64,000 nt of DNA from Capsulimonadaceae bacterium (GCA_965215505.1 OZ244065.1:5664001-5728000); one strand, 5' to 3'. Shown: positions 9,801 through 20,368, counted from the stretch's first letter. A program made the numbers and translations. Notes: generated from the letters alone by a model not told the origin.

Positions 9801-10716
9801 CCCCGTACCGGCCCGCCCGCGCCACTTCCTCAGCGAACGCTCCATGCTGACCCGCATCGTCGTGGGGGTGCTGCTGGCCGCGCTCTACATCTACCTTGTC
9901 TTCGCCGCGAACGGCCTGCCCTTCGCCCTCTTCATCGCGACCCTGTCCGTCATCGGGGTCAAAGAGTTCTACAACGCCGTCCGCAAGCAGGGCGGTGAGC
10001 CGACCGAGGCGCTGGGCCTGATCGCCTGCATCGGGTTCCAGCTCGCCGCCTGGACCCACTACGGCCAGAAGTTCGCCCCCTACCTGCCCGCCCTGCTGCT
10101 CGTGCTGGTCCTCTCCACACTGCTCGCCGAGCTGGGGAAGCGCCGCCCCAAGCCCATCGTCACCATCGGCACCACGTTCACCGGGGCCGTCTACGCCGGC
10201 TGGCTGCTCTCCCACCTGACCCTCCTCCACGGGATGCAGCCCGGCATGATCCGCGTCAGCGGCGCGAACATGCCGCTCCTCGTCCCGCCCTTCCAAAACA
10301 CGACGCCCGGCGAATGGCTGGTCATCTTCGTCTCCGCCTGCACCTTCATGAGCGACACCGGCGCCCTGTTCGTCGGCAAGGCCCTCGGGCGGCACAAGCT
10401 GGCCCCCGCCATCAGCCCCGGCAAGACCTGGGAAGGCTCCCTCGGCGGCGTCCTGACCTCCCTCGTCACCGGCGCGGCCCTGGGCCTGTGGCTGCACCTG
10501 CCGCTCGTCCACGCGCTGGGGCTTGCCGCCATGTGCGCCGTCTTCGGCCAGATCGGCGACCTGTGCGAGTCCGCCCTGAAGCGCGACCTGGGCGTCAAGG
10601 ACTTCGGCACCGTCCTCCCCGGCCACGGCGGCATTTTGGACCGCATCGACAGCCTCCTCTTCTCCGCCCCGCTGGCCTACTATTACGTCCTCTACTTCCT
10701 GATGCGCGCGCATTAG
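9793..10716 (+). CDS. cdsA: Phosphatidate cytidylyltransferase
   Basis: Multi-TM; SDTGALFVGKALGRHKLAPAISPGKTWEG, GDLCESALKRDLGVKDFG..LPGHGGILDRIDS. Confidence 0.95.
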   Translation: MDSPVPARPRHFLSERSMLTRIVVGVLLAALYIYLVFAANGLPFALFIATLSVIGVKEFYNAVRKQGGEPTEALGLIACIGFQLAAWTHYGQKFAPYLPALLLVLVLSTLLAELGKRRPKPIVTIGTTFTGAVYAGWLLSHLTLLHGMQPGMIRVSGANMPLLVPPFQNTTPGEWLVIFVSACTFMSDTGALFVGKALGRHKLAPAISPGKTWEGSLGGVLTSLVTGAALGLWLHLPLVHALGLAAMCAVFGQIGDLCESALKRDLGVKDFGTVLPGHGGILDRIDSLLFSAPLAYYYVLYFLMRAH

Positions 10717-10744
10717 GAACACACCCGCGCAGGTAATCCATAGC

Positions 10745-13700
10745 ATGAACATCACACGGCGCGGCTTCTTGGTACGAGTCGCGGGCCTCATCACGGCGCG
10801 CGAAGTCCTCTCGCCTGGCGGTGTGGAGGCGGCCCTGTCTTCCCCCACTCCCGTCACCGTCCTGCCCCCCGTGGCCCTGCGCGCCTATGGGACGCTGTCC
10901 GCCGTCTTCCGGCACGTCGGAAATGGCTCCCTGACCCACATCACCTGCGACTCCGCCGCAAAGGCGCTGCTGACGCAGGCCAAGTACCTTTCCGATCTGG
11001 GGTGCATTCCGGGGATGAAAGAGGCGGCGCTGAGGCTCCACGGCCATGAGATTCCCGCGCACCGCGCGGCCCTAGGAGGCATCATCGCCTGCTGCGCGAG
11101 TGGCCGGGACGTGGTGATCGTCGCCGCCGCTTCGGAGGCGCGGGCGGCGGCCCTGCTCGGCGCGGCGCTGACGGGCGGCGTTCACCCGCCGGACTTCCGC
11201 CCGCGCGTCAAGGTGCCGATGTACCTGGACAGGTGGGACAAACACGGACTGCTCATTTATTACGGCCTGTATGACCTGCCGGGGGGCTACAAAGGGGCCG
11301 CGCAGGCTTACGACTACAGCCAGGACCTGGAGTTCATGCGGGACAACGACACGGGGCCTGTCCTCTGGACGAACGGCCTGGACGTTGACTCCGCCGAAGG
11401 GCTGACGACCGAGGTGAACTGGGCCTGGCTCCAGGAGAACGCCCGGCGCATGAACATCCCCGTCCACATCAACACGTCGTACCGCTACCCTGTCCTCTGG
11501 CTGTCGAACCGCTACCGGGAGCAGACACAGCTCAAAGCGCCGCAGTTCCTCGGCGGCTATTACGGCGTCGCCAATGACACTCTGGGACAGGGCGCGGTCT
11601 CCTGGGCCGCCGAAGAGGCTTATGACGCCTACATGGGGCTATACCAGCACACGGTCAAACGCTTCAGCCCGGATGCCAACATCGTCGGCTGGCTGGAACC
11701 GCACGGCGAGACGGCCGAGAATCCCCAGGCCGTTATGCTGGAGTATGGCCCGGTTGCCGACAAGTCATACCGGCGCTTTTTGCAGGACCGCTGGGGATCC
11801 CTGGTGGCGGTCTCCAAGCGTTGGCATGGCGACGCCGATCACTTCAAGACCTGGAACGAGGTCCGTCTGCCCGAGGTCGCCGAGTTCTGCGGCTTCGGCC
11901 CGAACGCCATTGACCTGCGCGGCGCGTGGCGCATCAAGTACGCGCCGCCGACGCCCGCGCCTGTGCCGCCCGCCTGGTACACACCGGGCTTTGACGACGG
12001 CGGCTGGGACGAGTTCGTTGCGCCCGGCAATGACCGGGTGCGCCTGATCCCCCGCACCCCGCTGGTCTACCGCCGCCGCATCGACATCCCCGCCGACTGG
12101 CGGAAGGGCAAGCCCGTTCTCCTGTATGTCTGGAACATGGCTGGTGCCGCCCCGCAGGCTTATGTCAACGGGCAACAAATCCACCCGCAGCGCCGCAATA
12201 GTTTCTTTGCCAATTGGAGCTTCTTCGATGTCAGCGATGCGTTGGAGCCGGGCACGAATCAGGTCACGCTGTACGTTCCCGAGGCGCTGCTGTGCTACCG
12301 CGTCTATCTGACGACCGAGCCGCACGGCGACTACCCCCATTTTGGCGTCCAGAAGAACGCCCGCTGGGCGGACTTCGCCGACTGGATCGGCTGGTCGCGC
12401 GGCAATCAAGTCCGGCGCGGGGCCGAGATGATCCGTCAGGTTGACCCCGACCGCTCCATCAACTTCATGGCCCCGGACCCCGCCGGCCCCATCGCCGAGG
12501 TCTGCCGGGAATACGGCGGCCGGTTCCACGACACCGGCGCGATGGCCGGTTTCTGGACCGACGAACCCTCCCTAATGATGGCGGGGAAGGGCCTGCCGGC
12601 CAGCGCCGAGCCGGGCAACGGGGCCGCCAATGCCCGCGACTTCCAGCTCTTCTGGGGCCGCTGGCTGACGGAGGGCCTGGCCGGCATCCACTACTTCCAG
12701 ACCCTCTACGAGATAAAGGACAGGCCGGACGTGCTGGCGGTCTTCAAGGCCAACCGCGCCCTGTACGGGATGATCGGCAAGTACCACGTCCCGTTCACTC
12801 GGCTCGGCATCCTGTTCAGCAGCCGCGTCGGCCAGCTCACCGGCTTCCCCTGGGACCCCGGCGTCAGCGGCTTCCAGGAGACGGGGTACTACCGCATCGG
12901 CTTCCCCGCCGCGCTGGCGCAGACGTGCCCGCGCGGCGGTGTCACCGAGGAAGATTTCCGCTCGCCGGTCGTCAGCGCCTACAAGATGATCGTTGACTGC
13001 AACACCCCGTTCTTTGACGACCGACTGACGGACAATATCGAGCGCTGGGTGCGGGCGGGCGGCGTCTTCATGACCTACGCGCAGACCGGGCGGCACACGG
13101 AAACGGAGCCGGACTCGTGGCCGATCAGCCGCCTCTCCGGCTACCGACAGCTCGACTTCGACGTCTACCCGCGCGGGTTCGTCGCCTCCGCCGCGAAGGG
13201 CCAGACCATCCTGACTGGCGACGAGTGGACGACCCCGTGGCGCGCGGGCGGGACTGCGCTCAAGAAGGAGGCCGCTGACTGTGTCGACCTGCTCGTCTAC
13301 AACGACGGCTCGACCGCCGTCGGGATGCGCCCGCTCGGGAAGGGCTGGGTCATCCACACCGGCCTGCAAAACGACGCCCCGCGCATCGCCAGCCTCATCA
13401 CCGCCCTCGCCAAGCACTTCGGTGCGGCGGAGCCTGTCCCCGTGACGGCCTCCCCCTGGCCGAACGGCCTCCACCTGCGCCACTATGTCAGCAACACCGG
13501 CCTCTACGACGTCTTTGTGCTGTTCAACGAAGGCGCTCCGCCGATGAAGGTTGACCTGGTTTTCCTGCCGGGCTTCCACCCGCCCGCCCTGACTGATCTG
13601 CTCACGCAGGAGGCATTGCCGATCACGCGGCATCCGGCAGGCGACACTATTGAGGGCGTGACGCTCGACTCGTGCCAGACGCGGATGTTCCTCGCCCCGC

Positions 13701-14629
13701 GCGCCGACATCACCGCCTCGCCGCTGGAATGGCTGACCCTCCAGCGCGGCTGGTGGCAGGGCACGAAGAAGCCGCCCACAAAGCCCCTGCCGACGACCAA
13801 AGAACTCCAGCGGCACCTGCTGGACCTCAGCGACGACTGGGCCTGGAAGCGCGTGGACGGCCTGACCGACGACGAGGCGCTTGCCCTCGCACAGCCCGAA
13901 CACGACGACAGTTCGTGGGAGCGACGTAACCTCGACGCCTGGCTCTATCCGGGCGACCTGAACCCAAAGCGGATCGTGATGCGTAAGCGCGTCACCGTCC
14001 CGGCCCACTGGAACAACGGGCGCATCTTCCTCACCGTCAACTTCGCACACGGCGAGTACCAGGACAACGCGCGCACCATCATTCAGGGGAAGGTCTTCGC
14101 CAACCGTTCTTACCAGAATGGCCCGATGACGGAGGAGTTCCCCGACGTGTTCATCCCCGGCACGACCTTCGTCCTCGCCGCCGACATCCGCTCCAACAAC
14201 TCCCTCATCGGGTGGCGCGAGCCGATCTGGATGCACTACCTCCCCGAGCCTCCCGCCCGTCAGGACCTCGCCGGGACCTGGGCAGTCCACTCGGACGCCA
14301 TCCACGCCGCCGGCACCCTGACGCTCCCCGGCCCCACCACCCACGCCGCCTTCCTCAGCCGCACGGTCGTCATTGACGCCGCCCACCGAAATAGCAACGT
14401 CGTGGTCTTCGTGGAGCAGGTGGATGTCGGCATGACCGCCATCCTGATTAACGGCCGCCAGATAGACATCATGCCCACCCCCGGCAAAGCCTTCGCCGTC
14501 GTCAACATCACGCCCATGGTGGCCTTCGGCGGCGAGAACACCGTCGAGCTTCGCTGCGGGGCAAACCCGCAGCCCACCTCCATCAAAGCCGTCGAGCTGC
14601 GTTTCTACGAGAAAGGCGTCTTCCCGTGA
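10745..14629 (+). CDS. Large Tat-exported multidomain glycoside-hydrolase-like protein (1294 aa)
   Basis: TRRGFL twin-arginine signal; GH42-like segment (YRRFLQDRWGSL..VSKRW), trimerisation-like IERWVRAGGVF, repeated DL.G.W...FDD..W jelly-roll starts. Confidence 0.65.
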   Translation: MNITRRGFLVRVAGLITAREVLSPGGVEAALSSPTPVTVLPPVALRAYGTLSAVFRHVGNGSLTHITCDSAAKALLTQAKYLSDLGCIPGMKEAALRLHGHEIPAHRAALGGIIACCASGRDVVIVAAASEARAAALLGAALTGGVHPPDFRPRVKVPMYLDRWDKHGLLIYYGLYDLPGGYKGAAQAYDYSQDLEFMRDNDTGPVLWTNGLDVDSAEGLTTEVNWAWLQENARRMNIPVHINTSYRYPVLWLSNRYREQTQLKAPQFLGGYYGVANDTLGQGAVSWAAEEAYDAYMGLYQHTVKRFSPDANIVGWLEPHGETAENPQAVMLEYGPVADKSYRRFLQDRWGSLVAVSKRWHGDADHFKTWNEVRLPEVAEFCGFGPNAIDLRGAWRIKYAPPTPAPVPPAWYTPGFDDGGWDEFVAPGNDRVRLIPRTPLVYRRRIDIPADWRKGKPVLLYVWNMAGAAPQAYVNGQQIHPQRRNSFFANWSFFDVSDALEPGTNQVTLYVPEALLCYRVYLTTEPHGDYPHFGVQKNARWADFADWIGWSRGNQVRRGAEMIRQVDPDRSINFMAPDPAGPIAEVCREYGGRFHDTGAMAGFWTDEPSLMMAGKGLPASAEPGNGAANARDFQLFWGRWLTEGLAGIHYFQTLYEIKDRPDVLAVFKANRALYGMIGKYHVPFTRLGILFSSRVGQLTGFPWDPGVSGFQETGYYRIGFPAALAQTCPRGGVTEEDFRSPVVSAYKMIVDCNTPFFDDRLTDNIERWVRAGGVFMTYAQTGRHTETEPDSWPISRLSGYRQLDFDVYPRGFVASAAKGQTILTGDEWTTPWRAGGTALKKEAADCVDLLVYNDGSTAVGMRPLGKGWVIHTGLQNDAPRIASLITALAKHFGAAEPVPVTASPWPNGLHLRHYVSNTGLYDVFVLFNEGAPPMKVDLVFLPGFHPPALTDLLTQEALPITRHPAGDTIEGVTLDSCQTRMFLAPRADITASPLEWLTLQRGWWQGTKKPPTKPLPTTKELQRHLLDLSDDWAWKRVDGLTDDEALALAQPEHDDSSWERRNLDAWLYPGDLNPKRIVMRKRVTVPAHWNNGRIFLTVNFAHGEYQDNARTIIQGKVFANRSYQNGPMTEEFPDVFIPGTTFVLAADIRSNNSLIGWREPIWMHYLPEPPARQDLAGTWAVHSDAIHAAGTLTLPGPTTHAAFLSRTVVIDAAHRNSNVVVFVEQVDVGMTAILINGRQIDIMPTPGKAFAVVNITPMVAFGGENTVELRCGANPQPTSIKAVELRFYEKGVFP

Positions 14630-14668
14630 GGCAGTTTGGTGTATACTATCGCAAGGAGGAAGACCCCC

Positions 14669-14887
14669 ATGATCCGCACCGTCGAAGCCATCATTGATGA
14701 ACAAGGAACCGTGCTTCTCCAGGAAGCCATTGCCCTCACCGGCCCGCACCGCGCCCTTGTCACCATACTTGAGGAAGAACCGCATCCGAACGCGACCGCA
14801 CTACTGAGTGAGGCGGCCCTGGCCGAAGACTGGAACAGACCCGAGGAGGATACCGCATGGTCCCATCTTCAGCCGGCGCGGTCGTGA
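14669..14887 (+). CDS. Putative antitoxin partner of MazF-like toxin
   Basis: 72-aa acidic protein ending SEAALAEDWNRPEEDTAWSHL; AGGAGG RBS; overlaps toxin start. Confidence 0.75.
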   Translation: MIRTVEAIIDEQGTVLLQEAIALTGPHRALVTILEEEPHPNATALLSEAALAEDWNRPEEDTAWSHLQPARS

Positions 14888-15195
14888 TGGTGCCGTTCCC
14901 CTTCTCCGACCTGTCGCAGACCAAACTGCGGCCCACCGTCGTTCTGGCGGCAGCAGGGCGCGGGGATTGGGTGCTGTGCCAGATCACGAGTAATCCTTAC
15001 GCCGACCCACGCGCTGTGCTGCTGGAGAGCCGCGATTTCGCGGCGGGTTCGCTCCGCCTCACAAGCCACGCCCGCCCTGGGAAGCTGTTCACGGCGAACG
15101 CCAGTCTCATCGCCTCCGAGATCGGCACGTTGACATCTCCCGCATTCGAGCGCGTACTTGAAGCCGTCGTCGCCCTGCTGAAGCCTGACAGCTAG
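14857..15195 (+). CDS. MazF/PemK-family toxin
   Basis: GAVVMVPFPFSDLSQTKLRPTVVL, LCQITS, SHARPGKLFT. Confidence 0.88.
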   Translation: MVPSSAGAVVMVPFPFSDLSQTKLRPTVVLAAAGRGDWVLCQITSNPYADPRAVLLESRDFAAGSLRLTSHARPGKLFTANASLIASEIGTLTSPAFERVLEAVVALLKPDS

Positions 15196-15364
15196 AGCCT
15201 GTTATGAACTTCGCACTGGCAGAAAGTCCTAGCGTCCGCTAACGGTTGTCATTCCGCCTGCTGGCGTGATGGATAGTGGGTCTGCCCGGCATTCATTAGA
15301 ACCCGCCCTGATCAGGGGGCGTATAGAAAAGGCCAATCAGGGGCCGAAAGTGCATAACAGGCTC
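15195..15364. mobile_element. 170-bp MITE with terminal inverted repeats (IS5-like ends)
   Basis: Left (CTA)GAGCCTGTTATGAACTT, right AAGTGCATAACAGGCTC(TAG); TA on both flanks; no coding capacity evident. Confidence 0.75.
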
Positions 15365-15456
15365 TAGGTGAGGCGCTCCGCACCCTAGTCAGAGCCAGCC
15401 GGAGGAGCATTAAGTCTGGGCAGCGTGGAGCATTCCAATAGCATCCACACCAAACG

Positions 15457-15488
15457 AAAAGCGGCCCCGTCCAGTGGACGGGGCCGCT
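15457..15488 (-). terminator. Intrinsic terminator of GH27 gene
   Basis: AAAA-GCGGCCCCGTCC-agt-GGACGGGGCCGC. Confidence 0.85.
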
Positions 15489-15500
15489 CCTCTGTCAGTC

Positions 15501-17513
15501 CTAATCCGTGACGCTGGGCTGCCCCACCTTGACCAGCACCGTGCCGTGGGCGGGGACGGAGACGGTGTAGCCATTCGCGAACCGGCCCATGTCCTTGCGC
15601 TGCCACAGGTCGCGGACGGGCTGGGAGCCGGAGAGGCCGAGCTGGGACCAGGGAACGGTGATGTCCAGGCGGTCCGAGCCGAGGTTGACCAGGCCGACGG
15701 CCTGCGTGCCGTCGAAGAGGGGACGCGCCCAGATCTGGGCGTCGCCCGTCTCGGAGATGCGCCCGGCGGGGCGGCCCAGGGGGTCCTGGTTCACGTCCAG
15801 CACGTCGTCGTTGGTCAGGAGGGCCTTGGTGAAGGCGTCCAGCTTGGTCAGGTCGCAGCCGATCAGCAGGGGGGACGACAGCAGGCTCCACATCGAGATG
15901 TGCGTGATCTGCTCGTTCGGCTTCAGGTGCGTCGGGTGCGTGTTGCCGAAGCCGACGACGCCCACCATCAGCATGTCCGGGTCATTCCAGTAGCCGGGCC
16001 CGACATACTCCTGGTGGCCGTTCTGGCTGGTGAAGATGCCGCGCACGCTGTTCCAGTTGTCCTGGATGTCGCCCGTCGTCCGCCAGGCGTTGCCGCCGAT
16101 GGTCGCGCCCCACTTCCAGACGTCGGCCATGCCGTACTGGCAGAGGCTGAACAGAATGTCCCGGTCGGTCTTCTTGAGCGCCGCGCCCATCAGCCGGTAG
16201 GGCTTGACCTGCTTCTCCAGGCCGTCCCCGGTCGCCACGTCGCCGTAGGAACACCAGTCGTACTTCAGGTAGTCCACGCCCCAGCCCGCGTAGGTGTCCG
16301 CGTCCTGCTGCTCGTGCTGGTAGCTGCCCGTGTAGCCGCCGCAGGTCTTGGGGCCGGGAGACGAGTAGATGCCCATCTTCAGGCCCTTGCCGTGAACGTA
16401 ATTCGCCAGCGCCTTCATGTCCGGGAACTTGTCGTTGGTCAGGATGGCACCGCTTGCGTCCCGGCCCGCCTCCCAGGTGTCGTCAATGTTGACGTACTGG
16501 AAGCCGTGCGCGGCCAGGCCCGCAGAGATGAGCTGGTCGGCGGCGTCCCGGACCTTCCCGGCGTCCACGCGGCCCGCCCAGACGTTCCAGGAGTTCCAGC
16601 CCATCGGCGGCGTCAGGGCCAGCGCGCGGCTGCCGCCGACGATGGTGAGCGACCGGCTGGACGACCCGCGCGGCCCGCGCACGGTCAGCCTGACCTTGGT
16701 CGAGCTGACGCCCGGCAGGACGCCCGAAATGATCCCCGTATTCTTGTCCAGGGTCAGCCCGGCGGGCAGGTTCGCGGCCTCAAACGTCAGCGGCCCCTCG
16801 CCCGTCGCGGGGATCATGAACTCGAACGGCTTGCCCGGCGTCGCGCCGGTGATGCGCGGGCCGTGGATGGCCGGGACGGGCGAGTCGGCCCCCATGAAGA
16901 TGGGCATGGGCGGTTCATTGGCCGTGACATCGGCCATGGTGACGGGCCGGGCCGCCGCGCCGGGAACGAGGGTCAGCAGCGCGCCCGCCCAGTCGGCGTG
17001 GTCGTAGGTGTTGCCGTCGCCGCCGTCCTCGACGACCAGTGTCATCCGCTTCGCGCCGGTCAGGTCAACGGAGACGGGCACGGGCGCATCGCCGCCATGA
17101 AGGATAGCGGTTTCGGCCTTCTTTTTGCCGTCCACGAAGACCTGGAACTGGACCGAGCCGCGCCCCTGTGCTTTCTCCTCATCGTCTACCCCCGCCAGCG
17201 CATCAAAGTGGGTGGCACTGCCTTTGAGATCAATTAGAAGGCGACTGACGGAGTGGGTGCCCAGCCCGTGCGGGTAGGCGATGCCGTTCACTGTCATCGG
17301 GCGACTGTCTACGGATTTGCCTGCATGGGCCGTGCCGTAATCCTGGGTGACGTTGGCGAGGTCGAGGGTGTCGAGCCAGAGGGCGTTCGCGGGTGCGTCC
17401 TGGGCGCGCAGGGCCGCCATGTCCTGCGCGTGGGCGGCTACGGGATAGATGAAGGCCGTTGCGGCCAGCGCCGTCCAAGCGGCGCGTTTCCAGAGGGGGA
17501 GTGTGTTTCTCAT
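15501..17513 (-). CDS. Secreted GH27 alpha-galactosidase with NPCBM and Ig-like domains
   Basis: Signal peptide; NPCBM (HGLGTHS, DHADW); LPAGLTLD..TGIISG; LTPPMGWNSWN, YVNIDDTW, GVDYLKYDWC, WNDPDML. Confidence 0.93.
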   Translation of the reverse strand: MRNTLPLWKRAAWTALAATAFIYPVAAHAQDMAALRAQDAPANALWLDTLDLANVTQDYGTAHAGKSVDSRPMTVNGIAYPHGLGTHSVSRLLIDLKGSATHFDALAGVDDEEKAQGRGSVQFQVFVDGKKKAETAILHGGDAPVPVSVDLTGAKRMTLVVEDGGDGNTYDHADWAGALLTLVPGAAARPVTMADVTANEPPMPIFMGADSPVPAIHGPRITGATPGKPFEFMIPATGEGPLTFEAANLPAGLTLDKNTGIISGVLPGVSSTKVRLTVRGPRGSSSRSLTIVGGSRALALTPPMGWNSWNVWAGRVDAGKVRDAADQLISAGLAAHGFQYVNIDDTWEAGRDASGAILTNDKFPDMKALANYVHGKGLKMGIYSSPGPKTCGGYTGSYQHEQQDADTYAGWGVDYLKYDWCSYGDVATGDGLEKQVKPYRLMGAALKKTDRDILFSLCQYGMADVWKWGATIGGNAWRTTGDIQDNWNSVRGIFTSQNGHQEYVGPGYWNDPDMLMVGVVGFGNTHPTHLKPNEQITHISMWSLLSSPLLIGCDLTKLDAFTKALLTNDDVLDVNQDPLGRPAGRISETGDAQIWARPLFDGTQAVGLVNLGSDRLDITVPWSQLGLSGSQPVRDLWQRKDMGRFANGYTVSVPAHGTVLVKVGQPSVTD

Positions 17514-17563
17514 AGTTGCCGTATAAATACGCCATGGGGCCGGCGTTTTCCTGCCTGATCCGC

Positions 17564-17690
17564 GTAGGGTCGCCGCTTGCCGTGCCCTCTTTTCCGGTCG
17601 GCGTTCCGGGAGAGGGCGCGGCAAGACCAGGAGGGCGCGGCAAGCGGCGACCCTACACGACAGCAAGGGCGAACACAAGGTTCGCCCCCA
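17564..17690. repeat. REP cluster (inverted GTAG-type pair plus partial copies)
   Basis: GTAGGGTCGCCGCTTGCCGTGCCCTC 17564-17589 and its near reverse complement 17631-17656; partial copy 17612-17625; further hairpin GGGCGAAC-N-GTTCGCCC. Confidence 0.75.
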
Positions 17691-17714
17691 AGACAGTCAA
17701 TGAGGCGGGTGAGC

Positions 17715-18434
17715 CTAGATGGACTCGCCGATGTGTATCCCGCACTCGCGCTTCAGCCCGAAGAACCGCGTCTCCTCCTCGGTCATGTCCGCGCCCATGG
17801 GCCGCGAAGTCTGGACATCGCCGATGGAGACATAGCCCTCATACCAGAGCGGGTGATACGGCAGCTCGTGGCGCGTGAGGTACTGGTGAACGTCCTTGTT
17901 GGACCAGTCGTAGATCGGGTGGACCTTGACGCGCCCGTCCTGCGCGGCCAGCGTTTGCAGGCCCGCCCGCGTGGACGACTGCGACCGGCGCAGGCCCGTG
18001 ATCCAGGCGGCAGCTTCAAGTTCATGCAGGGCGCGGCCCATCGGCTCCACCTTGTTGACCGCGTTGAAGCGCGTGATGCCATCCACCCCCTGCTCCCACA
18101 GCCTGCCCCAGCGCGCCTCCTGCCACTCCCGGCTGATCGGCGACGAGTAGACCTTCAGGTTCAGCCCCAGGCGGCCAGTCAGCTCGTCCACAAAGCGGTA
18201 CGTCTCCGGAAACAAGTATTGGGTGTCCAGCAGGACGACGGGGATCTCCGGCCACTGCCGCGTGACCATGTGCAGCAGGACGGCGGCCTGCGCGCCGAAG
18301 CTGGACGTCAGCAGGATGTCCGGCTTCCACCGGCCCAGGGCGTAGGCGACCCGCTCCTCTGCGGTCGCCGTCGCCAGCGTTCCATTGGCCGCTTCCAGTT
18401 CTTGGGCTTCCAAGTCTCCAGTCAAGACGTTCAT
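17715..18434 (-). CDS. cysH: Phosphoadenylyl-sulfate (PAPS) reductase
   Basis: [51 protein letters not shown]. Confidence 0.93.
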   Translation of the reverse strand: MNVLTGDLEAQELEAANGTLATATAEERVAYALGRWKPDILLTSSFGAQAAVLLHMVTRQWPEIPVVLLDTQYLFPETYRFVDELTGRLGLNLKVYSSPISREWQEARWGRLWEQGVDGITRFNAVNKVEPMGRALHELEAAAWITGLRRSQSSTRAGLQTLAAQDGRVKVHPIYDWSNKDVHQYLTRHELPYHPLWYEGYVSIGDVQTSRPMGADMTEEETRFFGLKRECGIHIGESI

Positions 18435-18440
18435 ACACTC

Positions 18441-20156
18441 TTAATGCCCGGCGGGCGTCGGCAAGTTCCCCAGCCAGGCGAGGCAGGCCTGGTCGCTCGC
18501 GGCGTCCTTGTTCCGCGCGTACTGCGGCAGGGGCAGGCTGTCCCCGATGGGCGTGAACTCCACGGCCCGTGTGGTCCCGATGTCCCGGACGGTGATGCTG
18601 ATGTGCTGGTCCGGGTCGCCCAGGCGGAACGGCGCGCAGGAGATCACCTCCTGGCCGTCCCTCAGCCCCGCCCAGAAGGCGCGGCTGCCGCGCTTGACGC
18701 CCACGACGGCCTGATGTGCCATCGTCGCCTCGCCGTCAAACCCAAGCTCGAACTGCGGCCTCTTGACCGTCCGCAGCGCGAATCCGGGGCCGAGGGCGCA
18801 CGGGTCGGGGGAGAAGGTCTCGCCGTTCTCGACGACGCGCGCAAGATCGGCGGCGGGGTCGGCAACGCCGTACTGCCGGAGCGCGGCGGCGACTGAGGCC
18901 GCAGACACGGGGGCGGCGGAGGCTCTGAGGCCCCGCATGACGTCGTCCAGGGAGTGCCCGCCCGACGCCACCGACCGGATCGCCGCGTTCCAATGGGCGG
19001 CCAGCAGCGCGCCCTGCTGGTAGGGGAGCCGGGCGAGCGCCGTGCCCGAGTAGAAGCCGTCCGCCGCCTCGCCCCCTTTGCGGTTGCGGCAGGGCGACTC
19101 GGCGTACTCGCGGAGCAGCGCGTTGGTCTGCTGCGCGTAATCGTCCAGGGAGATCAGGCCCGCCCGCAGCAGCAGCAGGCGCGCGTAGTGGTCGGTGATG
19201 CCCTCGCTGAACCAGAGCAGCGGGGCGTCACCCGCGCGCATCTGGTCGGCATTCCACTCGTGGAACAGTTCATGCGCCAGGACGTGCTTCAGCCCGAAGT
19301 CCAGAGTCCGGCTCTGCGGCTGGTACAGGGCCACGGAATGGGTCAGCTCCACCCCGCCGCCCTCCGTGTCGCCACCCGCCCGCGCGGCCTGTTCTAGCGG
19401 GAGGAGCGTCACCAAGTAATAAGGGAAGTCGTTGTCGTGCCAGAAGTCCCGCTCCGCCGCGACGATGCGCCCGGCGAGGGCCGCGAACTCGCCGTCGGAG
19501 AACTTCCACTTGCCGCGCACGGCGACCATGACCGGCCTGCCGCCCGCCTGCACCGTCTGGATGCGGAAGTCGCCGGCGACATAGACCGTCTCCAGGAACT
19601 TCTCCAAAGCCCCCGTGAACTGCTGGTCGGCCTGCCCCGCGCCCAGGCTGTCACAGAAGGCCCAGCCCGCCGGCAGCTTCCAGTGCAGCGTGACGGCCAG
19701 CGGCCCGCCGTACTGGGCGGGGTAGGCCCAGACGGTCGTGCCGATGAAGTGGAAATCGCTCGCCTGGAGCGTAGGCCGGAAGTACGCGCCGGGCTGACTC
19801 GAACGGGTTTCCGCGTCCGGCGCGACCTCATAATGCAGGCGCACGGCCTGGCCGGGTGCGAACGTCACTTGCTTGACGTCCGGCGCGTCCGTGTCCGCCA
19901 GGGTGACGCCGGGCGACACGGCGGCCAGCCCTTGTATGTTTTTGTCCAGCCCGCGCTGGCCCGAAAAGTGGCTCGGCAGGTACAGCCGCGTGTGGCCGGT
20001 CGCGTCGCCGGGGAAAGCCAGGTCCACGCTCAGAGTGAGGCCGCCAGCGCGTGGGACGGCCTGCACAGTGTAGGTGAGTTGACTCTGCGCGTCGGCGCAT
20101 AGGGGAGGGAGGAAGAGGGCCAGAAGAAACAACGCGCAAGCAAAGAAAGCTTTCAT
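18441..20156 (-). CDS. Secreted M61/M1-like zinc metallopeptidase with PDZ-like C-terminus
   Basis: Signal peptide; GGGVE, LAHELFHEWN, WFSEGITDHY, PYQQG, GSRAFWAGLRDG. Confidence 0.8.
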   Translation of the reverse strand: MKAFFACALFLLALFLPPLCADAQSQLTYTVQAVPRAGGLTLSVDLAFPGDATGHTRLYLPSHFSGQRGLDKNIQGLAAVSPGVTLADTDAPDVKQVTFAPGQAVRLHYEVAPDAETRSSQPGAYFRPTLQASDFHFIGTTVWAYPAQYGGPLAVTLHWKLPAGWAFCDSLGAGQADQQFTGALEKFLETVYVAGDFRIQTVQAGGRPVMVAVRGKWKFSDGEFAALAGRIVAAERDFWHDNDFPYYLVTLLPLEQAARAGGDTEGGGVELTHSVALYQPQSRTLDFGLKHVLAHELFHEWNADQMRAGDAPLLWFSEGITDHYARLLLLRAGLISLDDYAQQTNALLREYAESPCRNRKGGEAADGFYSGTALARLPYQQGALLAAHWNAAIRSVASGGHSLDDVMRGLRASAAPVSAASVAAALRQYGVADPAADLARVVENGETFSPDPCALGPGFALRTVKRPQFELGFDGEATMAHQAVVGVKRGSRAFWAGLRDGQEVISCAPFRLGDPDQHISITVRDIGTTRAVEFTPIGDSLPLPQYARNKDAASDQACLAWLGNLPTPAGH

Positions 20157-20275
20157 GGGCGGTTCCTGCCTTCAGTGGCAATGGCGGCGACACGGATTGT
20201 CGCCGCCACTCATTCTACCATGATTCATCCGCCGCCGCCAGCGCCCGTTCCAGCCTGGCAGAGCGATGGCATATA

Positions 20276-20368
20276 GAGGGCAGGCACGGGACAAAGGGCA
20301 GGCACGGGGGCCTGCCCCTACATGATCATGCCCGGTCCTCGGTAGGGGCAACCCCCTGTGGTTGCCCT
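20276..20368. repeat. GTAG-type REP pair
   Basis: AGGGCAGGCACGGGGGCCTGCCCCTAC (with duplicated left arm) and GTAGGGGCAACCCCCTGTGGTTGCCCT. Confidence 0.75.
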
